Shown: one piece after another, positions 29,648 through 39,739 of the stretch
How the letters are laid out: each line of letters starts with the position of its first letter
How positions within the stretch are numbered: position 1 is the first letter of the stretch
Assembly: GCA_963787205.1 (NCBI GenBank)
Contig: CAWBCD010000009.1
Span: 67,524-131,523, forward strand
Source: an uncultured bacterium
Lineage (GTDB): Bacteria > Bacteroidota > Rhodothermia > Balneolales > DATFMH01
DNA: 64,000 bases
Direction of reading: 5' to 3'
Translations under genes and position numbers: made by a program
The notes under the pieces: model-generated
Seen by the model: the letters and a program-made list of their open reading frames with translations, nothing else
What the model was told of the DNA's origin: nothing
The model's database searches: none

Positions 29648-30862
29648 TTACCAGGTTCTTATTGCTTGAATAGGTCTTAGCTTGAGAGCCTTTCGGGCGG
29701 GATAGAATGAAGCCAGCAGGGCGGCGATGATCATCATAACGGCGACGACCGGGTATAGATGGGGATCCATTTCAGGACGTACGACCGAGCTGAATCCATA
29801 CTGTTGTCCATAAGCCAAAAATGCCAGGTCGATCCCGGTGTGATAAGTCAGCCGGATAGTTGCCCATGCTATTCCGAGACCGATGGGTACGCCTGTAAAA
29901 CTGAGCATCATCGTTTCGATGACAATCATACCAAACACGCGAAGTTTACTCATCCCGACAGCCATGAGCATCCCAAGCTCCCGGGTACGTTCCAGGATAG
30001 CCATGAGCATGGTATTTAGTATGGCCAGAATCAGGGCAAAGATGATAATGCCCATAATGATTGAAATCTCGAGGTTCATCTGGTCGTTTATAAGCTGAAA
30101 TTCAGGAGCAACGGTTTCCCATGACTGTATTTCGAGCTTGGGATGTTCTTTCTGCAACCGGGCGGCAACAGCGGATGCAGCCTGGGAGTCATCAAGCCGC
30201 AGGAAAATTTCCTGGATAGCGCCCGGCGCCCCGATCAGACGCTGTAAATCCTGGGCACGCACATAAAGCTGAGTTTCATCCCTGGACTTGTCATCGCTGC
30301 GAAACAGACCGGAAATACGAAAAGCGCCGGCTGCGATCTCATTGTGAACGTCCTGAAAAGTCAGCACGATTTTAGATCCGAGATCAACTTTCAAACGTTT
30401 GGCAAGAGCCTCACCGATGACCACACTATTTTTCTTGTCATCTCCAAAATAACTACCCTGTGTGACGTAATTGTGGATATCGAATACCTGCGGTTCCCGC
30501 TTAGGATCGATTCCACTGATCGTAACTCCATATGAGTTTGTCGCGCTCGAAGCCAGTCCCATCGCAGTAGTGTGAGCGGCGACACCAACTACTTGCGGGT
30601 TCTTCTCAATCGACGAGATCACTTGCTGCGGGTCCGGGACGGTATCGGAAACGAGTTTCTCGTTAAGGTAACCGGGCATATGAATCTGAACATGCCCCAC
30701 ATAATTGTTGAGCTGGTTACGCGTACGCTCACGGATCATGCCATTGTAGAATGCCATGACGAAGAGTCCGGCCCACACGCCCAGGATCACAGCCAGCAAA
30801 ATGACACCGCTGCGAACCGGGTTCCTCCAGATATTTTTCCAACAAAGCTTAATCAGATACAT
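29648..30862 (-). CDS. ABC transporter permease, FtsX/MacB/LolCE-type
   Basis: It has the '[18 protein letters not shown]' N-terminus, a large periplasmic loop, and C-terminal FtsX TM helices. Confidence 0.88.
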   Translation of the reverse strand: MYLIKLCWKNIWRNPVRSGVILLAVILGVWAGLFVMAFYNGMIRERTRNQLNNYVGHVQIHMPGYLNEKLVSDTVPDPQQVISSIEKNPQVVGVAAHTTAMGLASSATNSYGVTISGIDPKREPQVFDIHNYVTQGSYFGDDKKNSVVIGEALAKRLKVDLGSKIVLTFQDVHNEIAAGAFRISGLFRSDDKSRDETQLYVRAQDLQRLIGAPGAIQEIFLRLDDSQAASAVAARLQKEHPKLEIQSWETVAPEFQLINDQMNLEISIIMGIIIFALILAILNTMLMAILERTRELGMLMAVGMSKLRVFGMIVIETMMLSFTGVPIGLGIAWATIRLTYHTGIDLAFLAYGQQYGFSSVVRPEMDPHLYPVVAVMMIIAALLASFYPARKALKLRPIQAIRTW

Positions 30863-30922
30863 GGAATGATGTGGTTCAAGGTTATAGAAAATAAGTTCCT
30901 GTGTTTGACTCTAAATCTTTCA

Positions 30923-32161
30923 TTACGGTCGTAATGCCTGCCCCGGATCAAGCCGGTGAGTGTACCAGACCGGGTAGAACGAGAAGATCATCGCCAGGAT
31001 CAGGACTGTCAGGGCCTGATTGTAGAAGATGGATGGGGCCAGTGAGAATGGCAGAATCGGTTCAACGCCGAATTCCAGCATCATTTTGGCCATGTCTCCG
31101 GTGAGTGGTATCGGATGCAAATAAAAATATCCGAGGATTGGGAAGGAAACGGCCAGCCCAACAAGCGTACCGATCATCGCAATCATTACACCTTCAGTAA
31201 GCAATAATCCGCCCAGGCGCAGGCGCGACATGCCGACCGAAAGCATGATGCCCAGTTCTTTGCGTCGCTCTGCTGTCATCATTAGGATCGTGCCTAAGAT
31301 GCCAAATCCAATGATCAGGTACAGGATGAACAAAAAAATTAGCCCACCTCTGTCGTCAGCTTGTATCATTTGGTCCATATCCGGCATTAACTTTTGCCAG
31401 GTCATGACCTCGTATTCCGGTGCGGCTTTTCCATCAGAAGACGACAATTTTTTTCGCAGATCCGAGGCCACCTGAGGACCTTCCTGAGGATGTTCGGTGA
31501 GAATAGCAAGGGCGGTTACGTGGTTGGGCATCGCAAAGAAGAACTGGGACTCATTGATCGGCATGTAGACAAGTGCCCGGTTCATCGTCGGATCAGGCAT
31601 ATGTACAATGCCTGCGACGGGGTATTTACCGGCGGCACTCTGACCATGATATCCCTGCCCGATAAGAACCAACGTATCTCCCGGTGCGAGTTCAAGTTGT
31701 TTCGCCAGTTCATCCCCTATAATGACCGACCTGGCTGTTTCACTGCCCCAGTATTTCCCCTTGATCAGGTAATGTTCCGGATTTCCCAATAATTTTTCTT
31801 TTTGGGGATCAATACCCAGGATATATGCGGCACGGGTTATTTTTTGTCCCGCAGCCAGTGCGTATCCCGAAACTCTCGGTACCCATGTTGTCACGCGCTT
31901 CTCGGAAGCAAGCGCCGACTTCAGCGAATCGGTAACCACAAAGCTGTTATCCAGGGTCTGATCGTCCCAGTATCCATGCTTATGGATCTGCAGGTATCCG
32001 GTGATGTGACCGGCTGTGTTCTCGATCATCATCTCGTACGAACCAAGCTGCATGGATCGGGTCAGAGCTGATAATACAACCGCCAGCAGCACCGAAAACG
32101 CCGTGATAAGCGTTCGCCGCTTATTCCTCCAAATATTTCGCCAGGCTAATTTTAAATACAT
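30923..32161 (-). CDS. ABC transporter permease, FtsX/MacB/LolCE-type (TTG start)
   Basis: 'MYLKLAWRNIWRNKRRT' is homologous to the paralog's N-terminus, which supports the TTG at 32161-32159 as the start. Confidence 0.85.
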   Translation of the reverse strand: MYLKLAWRNIWRNKRRTLITAFSVLLAVVLSALTRSMQLGSYEMMIENTAGHITGYLQIHKHGYWDDQTLDNSFVVTDSLKSALASEKRVTTWVPRVSGYALAAGQKITRAAYILGIDPQKEKLLGNPEHYLIKGKYWGSETARSVIIGDELAKQLELAPGDTLVLIGQGYHGQSAAGKYPVAGIVHMPDPTMNRALVYMPINESQFFFAMPNHVTALAILTEHPQEGPQVASDLRKKLSSSDGKAAPEYEVMTWQKLMPDMDQMIQADDRGGLIFLFILYLIIGFGILGTILMMTAERRKELGIMLSVGMSRLRLGGLLLTEGVMIAMIGTLVGLAVSFPILGYFYLHPIPLTGDMAKMMLEFGVEPILPFSLAPSIFYNQALTVLILAMIFSFYPVWYTHRLDPGQALRP

Positions 32162-32162
32162 A

Positions 32163-32202
32163 TCAGTTAACAGTTAATAGTTAACAGTTAGCAGTAAACA
32201 GT
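32163..32202. repeat. Heptamer array CAGTTAA CAGTTAA TAGTTAA CAGTTAG CAGTAAA CAGTG
   Basis: There are about 5.5 units, beginning 1 nt from the permease start codon. Confidence 0.9.
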
Positions 32203-32274
32203 GTCATTTTTTTTTGTAAGGAATTGATATAAACTCGTTCTTAACAGGAAAAAGCTGTTCATATATGATGAGAG

Positions 32275-32643
32275 ATGATGAAGAATAATTTGTATGATAA
32301 ATCGTACGCCTTTTCGTTGAGTATCATCAGGAATTATCAATTTTTGATTTCTGAAAAACATGAGTACATCCTCTCGCGTCAGTTGTTAAAGTGCGGCACA
32401 TCTATTGGAGCAAATGTTTCAGAAGCAAATGGAGCGATATCAACGGAAGATTTTTCAGCTAAAATTTCAATAGCATACAAAGAATGTCTTGAGACCAAAT
32501 ATTGGTTATCTCTTCTGAAAGATGCCCGATACATTGAACAGTCAACATTCGAAGAACTACATCCTAAAGCCGACGAACTTGCCAAAATCCTCTTCTCGAT
32601 TCTTAAAAAAACACGCATAAACAAGGCCTCCGGTAACTGTTAA
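32275..32643 (+). CDS. Four-helix-bundle protein (23S rRNA intervening-sequence protein family)
   Basis: It is 122 aa. 'YDKSYAFSLSIIRNYQFL...SRQLLKCGTSIGANVSEANGAIS..DF..K..IA.KE..ET.YWL.LL' is the hallmark of this family. It lies on the opposite strand from the surrounding operon. Confidence 0.85.
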   Translation: MMKNNLYDKSYAFSLSIIRNYQFLISEKHEYILSRQLLKCGTSIGANVSEANGAISTEDFSAKISIAYKECLETKYWLSLLKDARYIEQSTFEELHPKADELAKILFSILKKTRINKASGNC

Positions 32644-32667
32644 CTGTTTATTGGTTACTGATCACTG
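32633..32667. repeat. Inverted heptamer array GTAACTG TTAACTG TTTATTG GTTACTG ATCACTG
   Basis: The unit is the reverse complement of the 32163 array. It covers the stop codons of both convergent genes. Confidence 0.85.
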
Positions 32668-33600
32668 TAATCTTTTCATGTTTTGGGTGGAAAAGAAACT
32701 GAGGGGGATGGGTTGATTGAATGTGAGGGAGTGGTACATCAGGATGGTTTTGTTGCCTGGTTTGTCGGTTGGGACCATCTCCATTCGCGCAGGTAATTCC
32801 CGGCCACCCAGATCCTTGATATCCGATGCATTCATGGTATTGACCAGGTTGCCATCTTCATCAAAAAACTCGATCCGCAGCTCCATGTATTCTTTTTGAG
32901 TGATCCATATCAACACCTTTCCCCATACTACGGCTGCATCCGGCTTTGGGATCATCATAATCTTGTAGCATTTGTAACCGGCGATGGTGCTATCTCCAAC
33001 CAGGGAATGGGTGTAATCGGTGACCATCGATGATTCCTTCACCAGGTCATCATTTTTGAAATCGGAGCCCATCCACGACTGCATCATCATCGATGGCGGC
33101 AGCTTGACCACCCGGCTGATGCTCGGTACCCAATTCCATATTTCCGTCTTCCGTTTCAGGAAGGCTGTGCCCTTATCCCGGGGTGGATCTGTAACCAGGA
33201 TCATGGAATATTCGGTACCTTTCGACCAGGCTTTCATATCGACGGTGCGTGACCAGGTCGGCCGTTCAATCTTCATAGTCATGGTAGCTTCGGAACTCTC
33301 GCCACGAACCTTCTGATCGGCTTTTTGAACGATCTCTTTGGCATTCTGGGCCAGGGATTGTGACACGGCATAACCCAGAAGAAAAAGTAACGTCATGAGG
33401 AATGACAGGATAAGTTTCGGTTTTTGGGTTTTGTGTATCGGGTTATGAGTTAAAGTCCACCTTCGAAGGGAGCTGGGGGATGAGCTCAGCGTCTCACCAG
33501 AGATATATTTCTCTACAACTCCAACAAACCCGTTCTGTTGGATCAGGACAATCTGCAACCCGGATCTAATTTCGTTGTTCCAATTTTCCATATGACCCAT
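32662..33600 (-). CDS. LolA-like outer-membrane lipoprotein-sorting family protein
   Basis: 'YKCYKIMMIPKPDAAVVWGKVLIWITQKEYMELRIEFFDEDGNLVNTMNASDIKDLGGRELPARMEMVP' is typical of the LolA_like family. The start is uncertain (TTG 33609, ATG 33600 or 33591), and the hydrophobic signal-like segment lies only ~70 aa in. Confidence 0.7.
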   Translation of the reverse strand: MGHMENWNNEIRSGLQIVLIQQNGFVGVVEKYISGETLSSSPSSLRRWTLTHNPIHKTQKPKLILSFLMTLLFLLGYAVSQSLAQNAKEIVQKADQKVRGESSEATMTMKIERPTWSRTVDMKAWSKGTEYSMILVTDPPRDKGTAFLKRKTEIWNWVPSISRVVKLPPSMMMQSWMGSDFKNDDLVKESSMVTDYTHSLVGDSTIAGYKCYKIMMIPKPDAAVVWGKVLIWITQKEYMELRIEFFDEDGNLVNTMNASDIKDLGGRELPARMEMVPTDKPGNKTILMYHSLTFNQPIPLSFFSTQNMKRLQ

Positions 33601-33611
33601 TGTTTTCAAAG

Positions 33612-34247
33612 CTAATTAGTGTATTGTTGAATAATAGACTCAATAATTTCATCGAGTGGGTACTCCGGCCATGCGACTTCTCCCGGTTCCACTGATTTAG
33701 CCCCGGAATTTTGGACCATATCCAGCATGAGGATATAATCAAGCACGAGTCCATCGAGTTGTGCCCCCAGTTTCCATATTTCGATATCGGGATTGTCGAC
33801 ACCAAGATCTACGAGTAATTCCCGGATCACCTGGAAGTATGTTTGGGTATATTTGAGAAAAATTTTCTCCACCCTGTCGTTTGCCGATATCTGAAAAAAC
33901 ATGCGTATATATAGTTGCCAGAATTTAGGATTGGATTTGACAGAATCCCTGGTTGATTCGAGCATTTGTCGAAAAGCTTTCTCAGGTGATTGCTTTTTGA
34001 GTTTCAGATCATCAAGTGATGGCAGTATGCTGCGGAATCCCTCCAGAATCACCTCTTCCATAAGATGCTCTTTGCTGTCGAAGTAATTGTAGAGCAATCC
34101 CTTGGCAATACCGGCTTCACGTGCAATGGCCGTGATACTGGTAGCCTCGAATCCTTTTTGGCCGAACAGTCGCAATGCCGCGTTAATGATGTCTTTCGTT
34201 CGTTGCTGGCGAATTGCCTCAAATTGTTCCGGTGTACGCGGACTCAT
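33612..34247 (-). CDS. TetR/AcrR family transcriptional regulator
   Basis: The N-terminal HTH is 'AALRLFGQKGFEATSITAIAREAGIAKGLLYNYFDSKE'. Confidence 0.9.
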   Translation of the reverse strand: MSPRTPEQFEAIRQQRTKDIINAALRLFGQKGFEATSITAIAREAGIAKGLLYNYFDSKEHLMEEVILEGFRSILPSLDDLKLKKQSPEKAFRQMLESTRDSVKSNPKFWQLYIRMFFQISANDRVEKIFLKYTQTYFQVIRELLVDLGVDNPDIEIWKLGAQLDGLVLDYILMLDMVQNSGAKSVEPGEVAWPEYPLDEIIESIIQQYTN

Positions 34248-34255
34248 ATCTGCTT

Positions 34256-34912
34256 TTAACTTTCTTTTATTCTCGCTTCAATTACACAACTCGGAAAGGT
34301 GAGTTGTGTGAAACTGCATTTCTGTTCAATTGCAAAACCCGCTTCCTGCAGGAAAGTCTCCAGATGGATAGGACGGCAATGGGTCATAAGACGGGGGAAG
34401 GTCTCGGCGACCCATCCCCAAAAACGGTAAGATGAATTATTACCGGCTTCCATATATGCGAGAATCAATTTTCCGTTGGGTTGGAGCATCGATCGGAATT
34501 CTGATAGTATCGAAATGTATTGGTCAACAGGAAGCAGATCGAGTACATACGAACTGATGATCCTGTCGAAGGATCCGAAACTATCCGGTAAATTGGTTAT
34601 ATCCGCTTGGAGTAACTGTACGTTTTTGTGCTTTCCACATTTATTTCTTGTTTTTTCAAGCATCACCGCCGAGAGATCGATGCCAACATTCCCACCGTTT
34701 TGGTTTTGACCAATGATCCTTGAAAAGAGGCGCCCGGTACCCACTCCTGCCTCCAGCACGTTCTGTCCGTCCCGTATATCCGCCCATTGCAAAATCGTTT
34801 GCAGTGCTTTCTCTTCCGTCAACCGGCTCCAGACATCGTACAACCTGGCCACCCGGCTGTAGAGCTTTTCGATGAGTGAGGGGTCATATGTACGAACAGT
34901 GATTTGATTCAT
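34256..34912 (-). CDS. Class I SAM-dependent methyltransferase
   Basis: It has motif I 'VLEAGVGTGRL' and 'GKLILAY'. It ends 8 nt before the TetR start. Confidence 0.8.
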   Translation of the reverse strand: MNQITVRTYDPSLIEKLYSRVARLYDVWSRLTEEKALQTILQWADIRDGQNVLEAGVGTGRLFSRIIGQNQNGGNVGIDLSAVMLEKTRNKCGKHKNVQLLQADITNLPDSFGSFDRIISSYVLDLLPVDQYISILSEFRSMLQPNGKLILAYMEAGNNSSYRFWGWVAETFPRLMTHCRPIHLETFLQEAGFAIEQKCSFTQLTFPSCVIEARIKES

Positions 34913-35144
34913 CTGAAAGATCTGAATTATAATTGACTGAACGTTCAATCAAAATATTATATTTGTTTTTAATTTCCAATAGGTGTTAGAAGCGAAGTCA
35001 AAAAAAACACGTTAGCAGCGCTTCATTTTTTTATGTCAGATAGAATCAAAGAGAATGAACAAATCATGTATTATTACCTTTTCCTGTGATTCTCTATTTT
35101 ACCGGAGTGAGAGTGAGTAACCGTAAGGATAAATCAGGATTATC

Positions 35145-35606
35145 ATGAAATTCAGGGAGTTCCTTATTAAGAGATGGGAGTATGATCGATGGGCAACAGA
35201 CCAGATTATATCGTCGATGAAGGGACAGAAAGTTACCGATGAATATTGTCTACAGAGTCTTTCTCATCTGCTTAACGTAAACAAGATCTGGCTTGATAGA
35301 ATGAGGAAAGGATCATCTGATATGTCTATGAACGAATACATGAGCCTGGAGGAGTGTGAGCGATTATCAGGTATCATTAACACGGGTATCCTGGAATTTA
35401 TCAGAAGTCAGCATCCTGATCACCTGTTCTCAAAATGCCGCTATAAAAACACAAAAGACAAAATCTTTGATGATTCGTACATGGATATGCTGACACAAAT
35501 GCTGAACCATGGAGAACACCATCGGGCACAAGTCGTTTTTCAGATGAGGAGTATAGGGGCTATTCCACCTGCCACCGACTACATTTTGTATATTCGCATG
35601 CATTGA
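35145..35606 (+). CDS. DinB-family (four-helix, metal-binding) protein
   Basis: It has 'WEYDRWATDQII' and a C-terminal 'LNHGEHHRAQV'. Confidence 0.65.
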   Translation: MKFREFLIKRWEYDRWATDQIISSMKGQKVTDEYCLQSLSHLLNVNKIWLDRMRKGSSDMSMNEYMSLEECERLSGIINTGILEFIRSQHPDHLFSKCRYKNTKDKIFDDSYMDMLTQMLNHGEHHRAQVVFQMRSIGAIPPATDYILYIRMH

Positions 35607-35609
35607 GGG

Positions 35610-36500
35610 TTACACCGGCGGAGATGCCTCATGGATAGCTTTTTCGGCGGCTTTCATTCCTAATCCCCAGCGATTGTCGAGCGACTTCCGGCTGAAGTCG
35701 AGGCTATCTCCGAGGAATTCATCAGGCAGAATAAGTACCGTTTCAAAGTGAAACATTAGTTTTCCTTTCCTGTTCTTTATCGGATGACCAACCTGTTTGA
35801 TGATCTCATTGATATCAAGGTATCGTTCAATGTCATTGAGCAGAACTTCATTCAACAGGATATCGAGTGTCTGTTGGGCAATGTCTACGATGTCTTTGGT
35901 ATCCTTGTGGTAGATGCGGTCGGTCAATGGTTCCGTTCCAATGATGATAATCCGATCGGGCGCCTGACCAAGTACGTCGTGCAGCGGAGAGATATTCCGT
36001 ATCCCACCATCTACATATAGCCCGTCATCGACAGATATAGGTGGCCATACAATAGGTTCAGCTGTACTGGCAACTACCTCATCAACAAGATGTTGCACGT
36101 GTATTTCATTTACATATTCTCCTGTTTTCAAATTAACCCTGCCGGCCGTGAAGGGAATCTTGAGTGGTCGATTGGTCAGGTACCGCCGGGCCAGTTGGAA
36201 AAGGGCCGAGTTGCTGGCAAAGGACATGGGCGGTTTGCCAATGCCGATTTTGTATTTCACGTAGCGAAGAGCGGTATTTACAACCGATGGTTTTGTCGTG
36301 ATATCCGATTCAGTGATTGTCTGCCACAAGTGGAATAAGGGATCCGCCTGATCGGTAGCCAGCATGGCACCGTTAAGGGCTCCGGCGCTAACCCCGGCAA
36401 TCAGATTGAATTCAAAATGATGATCCAGGAGCACTTTTATCGCTCCGGCTTCGAAAGCGCCTTTCGCTCCTCCCCCGTTTAGAACAAGTGCTGTTTTCAT
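35610..36500 (-). CDS. Patatin-like phospholipase family protein
   Basis: It has 'LVLNGGGAKGAFEAGAIKVL', 'GVSAGALNG' and 'VDGGIRN'. Confidence 0.88.
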   Translation of the reverse strand: MKTALVLNGGGAKGAFEAGAIKVLLDHHFEFNLIAGVSAGALNGAMLATDQADPLFHLWQTITESDITTKPSVVNTALRYVKYKIGIGKPPMSFASNSALFQLARRYLTNRPLKIPFTAGRVNLKTGEYVNEIHVQHLVDEVVASTAEPIVWPPISVDDGLYVDGGIRNISPLHDVLGQAPDRIIIIGTEPLTDRIYHKDTKDIVDIAQQTLDILLNEVLLNDIERYLDINEIIKQVGHPIKNRKGKLMFHFETVLILPDEFLGDSLDFSRKSLDNRWGLGMKAAEKAIHEASPPV

Positions 36501-36603
36501 TTCAATTTGACTAGCTTAGCTATGAATAGTTAAGGTAATACACGAAGATAATGTAAGCTTTTCCAGCTTTGTGTGTCATTTAAATAAGATTATTCAATCA
36601 AAA

Positions 36604-36662
36604 TTGCCACAGAGGCGCGGAAAGACACAGAATTTTCGTGTTCTTCTGTGACTCCGTGGCAA
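36604..36662. repeat. Two-tier hairpin built from CACAGAG / CTCCGTG motifs
   Basis: The outer arms TTGCCACAGAG / CTCCGTGGCAA pair at 10 of 11 positions. The inner arms CACAGAA / TTCTGTG form 7 bp with an 11-nt loop. It lies in the divergent region between the patatin gene and ppc. Confidence 0.7.
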
Positions 36663-36982
36663 ATACCTTCCCTGACAATCAAATACACGGAACGCAGCAG
36701 TTCTTCTTCAGCGTTTTTGTAGCAAAAAAAGGCTGACGCATGTTCACCATGCTCAGCCTGATGGATTGGGTGGTATCTCGCTTATTTTTGAAAGGAGTAC
36801 TGGTATGGTACGGTCTTTACATGAAGCAGATGTTACCCAACTGTTACTTTTGTTTTATGGAAAAATGGGTTCGATCAGGAATGAACTTTTTGTGCTGAAT
36901 CAGGTTTCCTAATTTGACATTCATTTACAAATTGAGATGCCTATATTAGGCACTCTTATATGCGGAAGAAAATAAAGGAAAT

Positions 36983-39739
36983 ATGCGACGTTGGTCAGGA
37001 TTACAGATAAAAGCTGAAGGAAGTGGAATTTCAAAACCTCTGAGTGAGCAGGTAAATCTCCTGGGCAGCCTTTTGGGGCATGCCATCAGAAAACAGGCAG
37101 GTGAGGAAGTTTTTCAGGACGTGGAGCATTTGAGGCAACTCTGCAAAAAAGCCCGGGAGACTGGTAACCCGTCTGGCTGGGAAGAGGTTCGTTCACTCAT
37201 AAAAGAAATGGATCTGGAAACTTTAGTCTGGTTGATCCGCTCGTACTCTGACTTTTTCCACCTTGTGAATAAAGCCGAACAACAGGAAATCATTCGGATA
37301 AACCATGAGCGCAGTATGGCTGAGAACGGCGGTTTTCGTCCGGAATCGCTGCTTGATGCTGTCAGGAAGTTGAAGGAAAGAGGCAGAAGCTTTGATGAAG
37401 TTATCGAAATTTTCACCAGTCTGGATGTTCAGCCGACACTGACGGCCCATCCGACCGAGGCACGTCGGCGCAGTATCCTTTACAAACAGCAACATATTTC
37501 TGATATCCTGGCAAAGCTACAGGATACACAGCTTACCCCGGAAGAACAGGATGCACTTTACACCGATCTCTACCAGAATATCCTGATGCTCCTAACGACC
37601 GACTCGCTGCGTGAAGAGCGGTTGACAGTTGAAGATGAAGTACTGCACGGATTGTATTTCGCAAAAACGACGCTTTGGCAGGTTGTTCCGCGTATGTATA
37701 GCGATTTGTCGGATGCAATGGAACAGGTGTACGGGAAGCGGCCCGAAATTCCGTTGATGCTCCGTTTCCGCTCGTGGATTGGGGGAGACCGTGACGGGAA
37801 TCCGCATGTAACTCCAACGGTGACACGTTTTACATTTAAGCAGCACCGGAAGGTAGTGTTGCAGCTTTACCAGGAGGAATTGCAACAACTTCATAGAGAA
37901 TTGAGTATCTCGGGCAGATATGTCCAGTTGCCTGTTGACTGGTTGCGGCGAAACGGCTTGAAGAACGATGAGGAAGAACCGTTACGTGGTCTGATCCTTA
38001 AAATTCTGCAAAAGATTGATGAAACTATAATCGCTGTTGATACCGATCAGGAGTTAGACTACACGGTAGGTGAGTTTCGGAATGAACTCGAACAAATCCG
38101 TCTTGGCCTGGAATATGCCGGTCTGCAGGATCTGGCCAGGGATGGTCGGTTACATGATCTGATTATCCGGGCCAATACCTTCGGATTTCATCTGGCAGCT
38201 CTCGATATCCGGCAGCATAGCGGAGTGCATGAAGAGGTAGTAGCTGAAATGCTGCGACTCGGGGGTATTTCTGATGATTACACCAAATTATCCGAAGAAC
38301 AACGTATACGATTGCTCACCAGCGAACTTACTAATCCCCGTCCGCTACTAAGCCGTGATGCGGTAACCAGCGAGTCAACCAAGACATTGCTGGATGCTTT
38401 CGAAGTGGTTCGTGAGGCGGTAAATATTGACCCGGACAGCATCGGTTCCTATATCATTAGCATGACGCATGATATCAGCGACATGCTTGAAGTGCTTGTG
38501 ATTGCCAAAGAAAAGGGGCTCTGGAGCTACCAGGATGGCAAGGTTAAAAGTGCACTTGATGTTGTGCCCCTTTTTGAGACAATTGAAGATCTGAATGAGG
38601 GAAGCGAACGGCTCTCCCGGCTCTTCGAAAATGAGATTTACCGGAAACATCTCAAGGCACGTCTCAATTTCCAGGAAATCATGTTGGGGTATTCCGACAG
38701 CAACAAAGATGGTGGTTACTGGATGGCTAACTGGGCCCTGCATAAGGCGCAGCGCAACCTGAGTGATACCTGTCGTAAATACGATATTGATTTCCGATTA
38801 TTCCACGGTCGCGGCGGTACAGTCGGACGTGGTGGTGGTCGAGCCAATCGTGCCATCATGTCGCTGCCCGCCTCTTGCCACAACGGACGCATTCGTTTTA
38901 CAGAACAGGGTGAAGTGATCACATTCCGGTATGCGCGTGAAGCCATAGCACATCGCCACCTTGAGCAGATATTAAATGCTATGATTGTATCCACATCAGA
39001 GGCCCGTTTCCAGACTAAGGAGGAGCAGTATAACCTGGATGCGACGACCTACAAAGTGATGGAAGAAATAGCTGATAAATCGATGAGTGCGTATCGTGGT
39101 CTCATTGATCACAAAGATTTCTGGCCCTGGTATCTGAATGTTACGCCGGTTAGTCATATCAGCCGGTTGCATATTGCCTCCCGACCGGTCTCGCGTGCAA
39201 AAGGCAGTGAACTAACCTTTAATGATTTACGCGCTATACCGTGGAATTTTGCATGGACGCAGACACGATATAATGTGCCCGGGTGGTTTGGCATGGGCGA
39301 GATACTGGAAGAAGTATCTCGCAAACCCGAAAATCTTGACCTCCTTAAGTCCAACTACAGTACCTGGCCTTTTTTCAGGGCTGTTCTGAATAATGCCCAG
39401 CGGGAGATGGCACGGAGTGAACTGCTGATTGCCAACTACTACCATCGTGAAGCGGCACCCGACAGCAGCACTGATTTTCACAAAATTATTGGTCAGGAGT
39501 TTGAAAAGACGAAGAAAGCCATACTGCAAATTACGGGTGACAGCACCTTACTTGGCCGGAGTCCGGTAATTGAGAAATCGATCCAGCTGCGGAATTCTTA
39601 TACAGACGTTCTCAATTTTATACAGATCGCGTTGTTAAGCCGATGGAAGCAGGCCACCGGGGGTGATAGGGATGCTGTTGGTCGTGCCATTTTATTGAGT
39701 CTTAACGGAATAGCGGCCGCGATGCAAAGTACCGGCTGA
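36983..39739 (+). CDS. ppc: Phosphoenolpyruvate carboxylase
   Basis: It has 'VQPTLTAHPTE', 'GYSDSNKDGG', 'FHGRGGTVGRGGG' and a C-terminal '...AAMQSTG'. Confidence 0.96.
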   Translation: MRRWSGLQIKAEGSGISKPLSEQVNLLGSLLGHAIRKQAGEEVFQDVEHLRQLCKKARETGNPSGWEEVRSLIKEMDLETLVWLIRSYSDFFHLVNKAEQQEIIRINHERSMAENGGFRPESLLDAVRKLKERGRSFDEVIEIFTSLDVQPTLTAHPTEARRRSILYKQQHISDILAKLQDTQLTPEEQDALYTDLYQNILMLLTTDSLREERLTVEDEVLHGLYFAKTTLWQVVPRMYSDLSDAMEQVYGKRPEIPLMLRFRSWIGGDRDGNPHVTPTVTRFTFKQHRKVVLQLYQEELQQLHRELSISGRYVQLPVDWLRRNGLKNDEEEPLRGLILKILQKIDETIIAVDTDQELDYTVGEFRNELEQIRLGLEYAGLQDLARDGRLHDLIIRANTFGFHLAALDIRQHSGVHEEVVAEMLRLGGISDDYTKLSEEQRIRLLTSELTNPRPLLSRDAVTSESTKTLLDAFEVVREAVNIDPDSIGSYIISMTHDISDMLEVLVIAKEKGLWSYQDGKVKSALDVVPLFETIEDLNEGSERLSRLFENEIYRKHLKARLNFQEIMLGYSDSNKDGGYWMANWALHKAQRNLSDTCRKYDIDFRLFHGRGGTVGRGGGRANRAIMSLPASCHNGRIRFTEQGEVITFRYAREAIAHRHLEQILNAMIVSTSEARFQTKEEQYNLDATTYKVMEEIADKSMSAYRGLIDHKDFWPWYLNVTPVSHISRLHIASRPVSRAKGSELTFNDLRAIPWNFAWTQTRYNVPGWFGMGEILEEVSRKPENLDLLKSNYSTWPFFRAVLNNAQREMARSELLIANYYHREAAPDSSTDFHKIIGQEFEKTKKAILQITGDSTLLGRSPVIEKSIQLRNSYTDVLNFIQIALLSRWKQATGGDRDAVGRAILLSLNGIAAAMQSTG

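Noticed and set aside
29116-29673. 185-aa plus-strand ORF
   Set aside because: It is entirely antisense to the ABC ATPase gene, which has perfect Walker A, signature and Walker B motifs. Its Ser/Arg-rich shadow-frame composition also argues against it.
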